A model generated the notes under the pieces. The model saw only the letters and a program-made list of their open reading frames with translations. It did not search any database and had not been told where the DNA came from. A DNA stretch of 64,000 nt from an uncultured Actinomycetes bacterium (GTDB lineage: Bacteria; Actinomycetota; Thermoleophilia; UBA2241), in the NCBI GenBank assembly GCA_963725665.1, contig CAVRZA010000006.1, forward strand, positions 448,001 to 512,000, read 5' to 3'. The position numbers and the translations under genes were made by a program. This document shows, in pieces, positions 58,650 through 64,000 of the stretch; position 1 is the stretch's first letter, and every line of letters starts with the position of its first letter.

Positions 58650-60650
58650 CTACTCCTCGGAGGTGACCGCCTTGCCGCGTCGCAGCGGGACAGTTCTCTT
58701 CTCGTCGACCAGCGCTTCCTGCGCGCGGCGGGCCGGCCAGAGCGAGACCGCCGCGCCGCCCACGAGCAGGATCGTGCCGATCCACAAGAACCGGATCAGG
58801 GGGAACGTGTCGACTTTGACGTCGGCGCGCTGCTGGCTGAACTCGTTGGGCGCGATGAACAGGTCTCTCCACGCGCCGCCCAGGATCACGGCGCGCGCCG
58901 CCGTCTGCTGGGTCGTGGGGAAGAACTCGATGCGCGGTTGCACCTCACCCAGCTTCTCACCGTTCTTGGAGACCGAGAAGGTGGCCGTCGACATCTGCGA
59001 TTGCTGCACGCCGGTGCTGTCTTTATAGCCTTTGAACGTCAAGGTGTAGGGACCGGCCGTCGCGCTGGCGCCGACCTTGGCGGGCATCGAGACGTTGTTC
59101 TCGGTCTTGTAGATGTTGGAGCCGATGAGGCCGGCCATGATCAGGGCCATCCCGACATGGCTGACGATCATCGCGCTACGCGTCCGGCTGAAGCGCAGGA
59201 AGTTCCACAAGCGGGCGAGCGCGCTGGTGCCCCGCGACTTGCTCGAGCGCAGCAAGACGAACTGGACGATGGCGGCAAGGGCGAAGACGACGACTACGAG
59301 GCCGACCAGGCCCATCGGCTCCGACCCCCAGCCGCCGAGCAGGAGGAGCGCCGCCGCGACGGCGGCCGCCACCGCGGGCCAAAGCAGGTTGCGGACGAGC
59401 GTCCGCCCCTCGGTCCGCCCCCACGCCATGAGAGGGCAGATCGCGATCGCGAGCAAGAAGAGGATGCCCAGCGGCCGCGCGAAGACCTCGTAGGACGTCG
59501 ACCCCACCGTCTGCTTCATGGCCAGCGGCACGATCACGGTGGCGAACAGGATCGCGGCGGCGAACACGGTGAGGCTGACGTTGGTGAAGTAGTACATGAA
59601 GTCCTTCGAAGCGACGGCCTCGATGTGCTCGTCGGAATCGAAGTCGTGCCAACGGGTCGCGAGCAGGTAGGTCGTGACCGCGGCCACCACCGCCATGAAG
59701 CTCAGGAGGATGGCCGAGAGCAGCGGCGACCTCTGGAAGGCGTGCTGCGACGAAATGGCTCCCGAGCGCGTCACCCAGGTCGCCACGATGGTGAGGATGA
59801 ACGTCACCGTCGCGAGGGCGACCGTCCAGCGCCTGAAGATGCCGCGCTTCACGTAGAGGTTCAGCGAGTGCAACAGCGCCGTGGCGGTGAGCCACGGGAT
59901 GAGGGACGAGTTCTCGACCGGGTCCCAGCCCCAGTAGCCGCCCCAACCGAGCACGACGTAGGCCCACCAGGCGCCAAGGCCGATGCCGATCGACAAGAAG
60001 AGCCACGCCATGACCGTCCACTTCTGGCCGAGGCGCACCCAGAGGCTGTCGCCGCGGCCAAGGAGCATGGTGCCGATGGCAAAGGCGAAAGGCACGGTCA
60101 GCCCAGCGTAGCCGAGAAAGAGCGTCGGCGGGTGCAGCACCATCGCCGGGTGCAGGAGCAGCGGGTTCAGGCCGAGCGGCGTCGCACTGGGATCGGGGTT
60201 GGCCACGAACGGGTTTGAGCCCTTCTCGAAGACCATGAGTCCGGCGAAGAAGGCGCAGACCGCGGCCAGCACCAGCACGGCGCCGGCGGTCACCGGCTCG
60301 GCGCGCTCGATGTCTCGGAAGGCGATGACGACCGTGATGACGGCGAGGAAGAACAGCCAGAGGAGGAACGAGCCCTGTTGGCCAGCCCAGAAGCCGGCTA
60401 CGCGGTAGAAAGCCGAGAGGGTCGAGTCGGAGTTGTCGAGCACGTATTGGAAGCCGAAGTCGTTGTTGAGGAACGCCGTGAGGAGCACGGCGCTGGCGAC
60501 GACGACCGCGAGGAAGAGACCGTAGACAGCGAAGTAGCCGTTTCGGATGAGCTCCCTGCTGCGCTGCTTCACGCCCAGCGCGAGGAAGAGGACGCTGGCC
60601 AGCGACAGGACCGCCGCCAGCACGAGAGCGTACCGGCCGAGAAGGATCAC
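58650..60650 (-). CDS. ccmF: Cytochrome c heme lyase CcmF
   Basis: WAGQQGS.LLW, GLNPLL...M..HPP, WGGYWGWDPVENSSLIPWL, SQHAF. Confidence 0.95.
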   Translation of the reverse strand: MILLGRYALVLAAVLSLASVLFLALGVKQRSRELIRNGYFAVYGLFLAVVVASAVLLTAFLNNDFGFQYVLDNSDSTLSAFYRVAGFWAGQQGSFLLWLFFLAVITVVIAFRDIERAEPVTAGAVLVLAAVCAFFAGLMVFEKGSNPFVANPDPSATPLGLNPLLLHPAMVLHPPTLFLGYAGLTVPFAFAIGTMLLGRGDSLWVRLGQKWTVMAWLFLSIGIGLGAWWAYVVLGWGGYWGWDPVENSSLIPWLTATALLHSLNLYVKRGIFRRWTVALATVTFILTIVATWVTRSGAISSQHAFQRSPLLSAILLSFMAVVAAVTTYLLATRWHDFDSDEHIEAVASKDFMYYFTNVSLTVFAAAILFATVIVPLAMKQTVGSTSYEVFARPLGILFLLAIAICPLMAWGRTEGRTLVRNLLWPAVAAAVAAALLLLGGWGSEPMGLVGLVVVVFALAAIVQFVLLRSSKSRGTSALARLWNFLRFSRTRSAMIVSHVGMALIMAGLIGSNIYKTENNVSMPAKVGASATAGPYTLTFKGYKDSTGVQQSQMSTATFSVSKNGEKLGEVQPRIEFFPTTQQTAARAVILGGAWRDLFIAPNEFSQQRADVKVDTFPLIRFLWIGTILLVGGAAVSLWPARRAQEALVDEKRTVPLRRGKAVTSEE

Positions 60651-60660
60651 GCGGGCTCTC

Positions 60661-61083
60661 CTACTGAGTGCCCTGCGAGGGCTGAGCGCTCGCCTGCGCC
60701 TGGTACTTCGTCGGGCACTTGGTCTGCAGCTGCTCCGCGTCGATGGCCGTCGTGGCGGCGGCGAACGGGCCGGTGACCACCACATCGACGTTGGGACCGA
60801 AGGTCTCGGGCATCTGCCCGCTGTAGTTCACCTTGACGGTCGACTGCTTGCCGGTGAGGTCGACGATGGTGAAGTGATAGCCGTTCCCGTCGTGCACGAT
60901 CGAGCCCTCGACGACCTTGCCGCCGACCTTGACGTTCTTGCCGTCGAGGCTCTGCACGGTGAGGTCGGACACCTGACGGTAGTAGGCGCCCTGCTTGCTG
61001 ACGAGCAGCACGACACCGACGGTGAAGGCGACGACGATCACGACTGTGGCGATGATCAGACGCCGGCGGGCTTTCTTGTTCAC
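60661..61083 (-). CDS. ccmE: Heme chaperone CcmE, CxxxY variant
   Basis: N-terminal TM, VGGKVVEGS, VNYSG..P.TF, VVVTG, 'TKCPTKY'. Confidence 0.9.
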   Translation of the reverse strand: MNKKARRRLIIATVVIVVAFTVGVVLLVSKQGAYYRQVSDLTVQSLDGKNVKVGGKVVEGSIVHDGNGYHFTIVDLTGKQSTVKVNYSGQMPETFGPNVDVVVTGPFAAATTAIDAEQLQTKCPTKYQAQASAQPSQGTQ

Positions 61084-61337
61084 CGGATCACTCCCATGGG
61101 CTCGAGGGACCACTGCACTCCCGCGCCCGTCGTGTGAACGCCTTCGGCGTGCTCCGCCGTGCGCGCGAGACGTTGGTTTGACGCGGGGGCGCGAGAGAGG
61201 ACATCGACTGCGCCAAAGGGTAGCAGAGAAAGCGGAGTATTCCAATCCTGTCAGCGTGGAAACCCCGCGCGACGGGAGCGCGACGAGCAACGGTGATCCG
61301 TGCGCCCAACCGTCGCGGCGTGTGCCGACGGGGTTCT

Positions 61338-61352
61338 TGCAAACGATTTGCA
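61338..61352. promoter_or_regulatory. Fur/Zur/Nur-type palindromic operator
   Basis: TGCAAA-CGA-TTTGCA, about 20 bp before the Fur-family gene. Confidence 0.6.
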
Positions 61353-61371
61353 GGTGCGCTAGCGTCGCGGC

Positions 61372-61824
61372 GTGCACCACGCACGCGAGACACTACGCAG
61401 AGAAGGCTACCGCCTCACCCCGCAGCGCACGCTGATCTGGGAGGTCGTGCGCAGCCACGGCCGTCACATGACCGCCGAGGAGATCGCCGCGGAGGTCCAC
61501 GAGAAGCTCCCCGAGGTCAACCTGTCCACCGTCTACCGCACGCTCGAGCTGCTCGTCGGCCTCGACTTGGTCAGCGAGACGCGACTCGGGACGAGCCGGA
61601 CCTACTTCGAGGTCGCGCCCGAACCGGTCCACCACCATTTCGTCTGCGAGTCGTGCGGCGCCGTCGGCCACTTCGCCGATGAGCTGCTCGACCCGCTGTA
61701 CGGATCCCTCCGCGACGAGCAGGGGTTCCAGGCAACAGGCTCACGGACGACCGTGTTCGGCTTGTGCAGCAGGTGCCAGAGTCAGACGGCGCTCAGGGGG
61801 GTGCCGGCCGATGCACATACCTGA
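61372..61824 (+). CDS. Fur-family metalloregulator
   Basis: RLTPQR, H.TAEE, STVYRTLELL, HHHFVCESCG, GLCSRC. Confidence 0.92.
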   Translation: MHHARETLRREGYRLTPQRTLIWEVVRSHGRHMTAEEIAAEVHEKLPEVNLSTVYRTLELLVGLDLVSETRLGTSRTYFEVAPEPVHHHFVCESCGAVGHFADELLDPLYGSLRDEQGFQATGSRTTVFGLCSRCQSQTALRGVPADAHT

Positions 61825-62809
61825 CGGGTACCTGGGGCCGGAGACCCTCGCCTTTGGCTGGGCGGCCTGCCTCCCTGCCTGGTACGTCGCGAACAAGCGC
61901 ACCAAGGCCCTGCTCTCGGAGCCGAAGGCGGTCCCCGTGCTGGCCGCCAGCGCCGCCTTCAGCTTCCTCGTCATGATGCTCAACGTCCCCGTGTTCGGAG
62001 GCACGACGGCGCACGCCGTCGGAGCGGTGCTGATCGCCGTGATCGCCGGACCCTGGGTCGCGGTGCTGGCCGTCACGGCGGCGCTGGTCATCCAGGCGCT
62101 TCTCTTCGCCGACGGCGGCATCCTCGCCATCGGCATCAACTGTCTCAACATGGCGGTCGTGATGCCGCTCGTGGGCTACGGCGTCTACCAGCTCGTCGCC
62201 GGAAGCTCCGACCTGCAGTCGAGGCGCCGCCTGGTCGCGGCCGCCGTCGGCGCCTACGTCGGCATCCTCGCGGCGGCGACCCTCGTCGGCGTCGAGCTCG
62301 GCATCCAGCCTTCCCTGCACTCGGCCGACGGTGTCGCCCAGTACGCGCCGTACGGGTTGCACATCGCCCTCCCCGCCATGCTCGTGTCGCACGCCGTGCT
62401 GGTGGGCCCCATCGAGGCGGCCTTCACCGTCGCCGTCTTCGCCTTCTTGCGCCGCACCAGCCCCGATCTCTTCCGTGTCACGGCGGCCCAGCATCTCTCG
62501 TATCGCTGGCTGGGCGCGGTCGTGATCGCGCTGATCGTGGCCGTGCCGCTGGGGCTGATAGCTACTGGCACGGCCTGGGGCGAGTGGGGCGGCGAGGAGC
62601 TGCGCACGCGCATCGGCTACGTTCCGGAGGGCTTCGGCCGCTTTGGGGGCATGTGGAAGGGTGTCTTGCCCGATTACGCCCTGCCGGGGGTCGGCGGGGC
62701 GGGAGCGATCGTCTTCTACGTTCTCTCCGCCGTCATCGGCGTCGGCATCCTGGCGGGCCTGGCCTGGTTGCTCGTGCGCGCGCGACGGCGGCGCGCGGCC
62801 GCTCAGTAG
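61811..62809 (+). CDS. Fused NikMN/CbiMN ECF substrate component
   Basis: N-terminal MHIPDGYL, GTTAH, QALLFADGG...G.N..NM, and a C-terminal WGEW...PDY domain. Confidence 0.9.
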   Translation: MHIPDGYLGPETLAFGWAACLPAWYVANKRTKALLSEPKAVPVLAASAAFSFLVMMLNVPVFGGTTAHAVGAVLIAVIAGPWVAVLAVTAALVIQALLFADGGILAIGINCLNMAVVMPLVGYGVYQLVAGSSDLQSRRRLVAAAVGAYVGILAAATLVGVELGIQPSLHSADGVAQYAPYGLHIALPAMLVSHAVLVGPIEAAFTVAVFAFLRRTSPDLFRVTAAQHLSYRWLGAVVIALIVAVPLGLIATGTAWGEWGGEELRTRIGYVPEGFGRFGGMWKGVLPDYALPGVGGAGAIVFYVLSAVIGVGILAGLAWLLVRARRRRAAAQ

Positions 62810-62903
62810 GAGGAGCCACCGGCCGGCGGCGGGGGATTGGCCCGGAGGATGGCCGTCGCCGGCGCGCGGCGCCCCACGGGCGACGGCGCACCGTGGGCCG
62901 TTC

Positions 62904-63869
62904 TCAGACGCGCAGCAGGCGGCGGGCCGCGCGCAGGGGCCCGTAGGTGGCCCCGAAGCGCCTGCGCGCGGCCCGCCGCGAACCCGCCGACTCCACGACA
63001 TGGTCGAGGTGCAGGGCGCGCGCGCCGCCGTCGGCCACGACCTTGTGGCCGGCGGCGCGCAGGCGAAGACAGAGGTCGATCGAGCCGTAGGCGAGGAAGT
63101 ACGACTCGTCCATCCCCCCGACCGCCTCGAAGGCGTCGCGGCGCAGCATCGCCGCCGTGAGCTCAACCCAGTCGACCTCGGCGCGCCCCGTCGGGGCGAA
63201 GCGCCAGGGGCTCTTGAAGCGTGCAGGCTCCAGTGCCGGGAACGCCGACGTGAGGCCGCTCACCGCCACGCCACGCAGCGTCGGCGCGTAGCCGGCAGCC
63301 CTCTCGACCGTGCCGTCGAGGCCGGCGAGCCGGGCGCCGGCCGCCACGGGTGGCCGGCGCCCGACCGAGACCAGATCGAGGAGGCGCTGCAGGGCGCCGG
63401 GCCGCAGACGCGTATCGCCGTGCAGGCTGAGCACGTAGTCCTGCTCGAGACGGCGCACCCCTTCGTTGAGACCGGCGCCGAACCCGGACTCGGTGGGCAG
63501 CACGACGAGCTCGAGCTGCGGGAAGCCGCGCCGGATGGCGCCCTCGGTGTCGTCCTCGGAGCTGAGGTCGACGACGACAACGCGGGCCACGGCCGGAACG
63601 AGCTCCCGCAGCATCGCCGCGGCGTGCGCCTCATCACCGAAGGTGACCACCACGGCCCCGACGACCTCTCTCGGGTCCTCAGCGACCTCGTGCGGCTCCG
63701 GCCGCGCGGCGAGGCGCGCGCGCACCTCCGCCTCGGTGGCGAAGCGCTCCTCGATCAGGGCGGCGTCGATTGGCGGGATCGCGAAGAGCGGAGACGCCTC
63801 GGTGGGCGTGTCGTGGGAAGTCTCGTCCGCGTCGTGAGGCCCACCCTCGCGACCGCTCTCGCCGGTCAC
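62904..63869 (-). CDS. Glycosyltransferase family 2
   Basis: AVVVTF, VVVD..S.D.T, GFGAGLN.G, VDWV, GGMDESYFL...DLCLR. The DxD region is degenerate. Start approximate. Confidence 0.75.
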   Translation of the reverse strand: MTGESGREGGPHDADETSHDTPTEASPLFAIPPIDAALIEERFATEAEVRARLAARPEPHEVAEDPREVVGAVVVTFGDEAHAAAMLRELVPAVARVVVVDLSSEDDTEGAIRRGFPQLELVVLPTESGFGAGLNEGVRRLEQDYVLSLHGDTRLRPGALQRLLDLVSVGRRPPVAAGARLAGLDGTVERAAGYAPTLRGVAVSGLTSAFPALEPARFKSPWRFAPTGRAEVDWVELTAAMLRRDAFEAVGGMDESYFLAYGSIDLCLRLRAAGHKVVADGGARALHLDHVVESAGSRRAARRRFGATYGPLRAARRLLRV

Positions 63870-63873
63870 GGGG

Positions 63874-64000
63874 TCAGTGGAGCGGCGGCTCGTCGGGTCC
63901 GGCGCAGTCGCCGCCGCTGTCGAGCAGCTTCTCGATGCCGTGCGGCAGCGCCTCGCGGATGACCTCGAACTGCTCGCGACAGGCACGCGGGCTGCCGGGC
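63874..64000 (-). CDS. C-terminus of a MogA/MoaB-like molybdopterin adenylyltransferase (5' part outside the window)
   Basis: Manual translation PGSPRACREQFEVIREALPHGIEKLLDSGGDC...* matches the PGSP..LPH ending of this family. Confidence 0.65.
   Translation of the reverse strand, partial: PGSPRACREQFEVIREALPHGIEKLLDSGGDCAGPDEPPLH

Overview
High-GC chromosomal window, probably from an anaerobic Thermoleophilia-like actinomycete (inferred from gene content, not established). 1-16.8 kb is a fully minus-strand catabolic island: PucR regulator, PotA-type ATPase, creatininase-family hydrolase, C45 Ntn-hydrolase, non-pyrrolysine MttB methyltransferase, an Opp/Dpp ABC system with two binding proteins, a DmpA peptidase and an AcsE-type methyl-THF:corrinoid methyltransferase. 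Next come a GAF3-GGDEF-HD-GYP protein, CIRCE-controlled groESL, dtd, an acetolactate synthase, tsaEBD/rimI/udg, a panG-panC-yjbQ-hps/RraA operon, two large secreted beta-propeller proteins, mutM, cca, alr, nnr, acpS, glmS with its ribozyme, glmM, rpsI/rplM, a ccmEFABCD-ccsA-hemACD supercluster, a Fur-nikMN unit and a GT2. Best leads for new biology: (i) a basic ~100-aa C-terminal domain shared by two otherwise unrelated secreted proteins, a candidate lineage-specific sorting or surface-anchoring tag; (ii) a GGG-TM-WLLRRRR C-terminal anchor on both non-lipoprotein binding proteins; (iii) the import/hydrolysis/demethylation island and its structured leader; (iv) an HPS-RraA fusion in a pan operon that has no panB. 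Five single-base frameshifts at 6.9-12.6 kb look like consensus errors. No CRISPR array, transposase, tRNA or rRNA was seen. All calls are by eye from motifs; no database searches were run.
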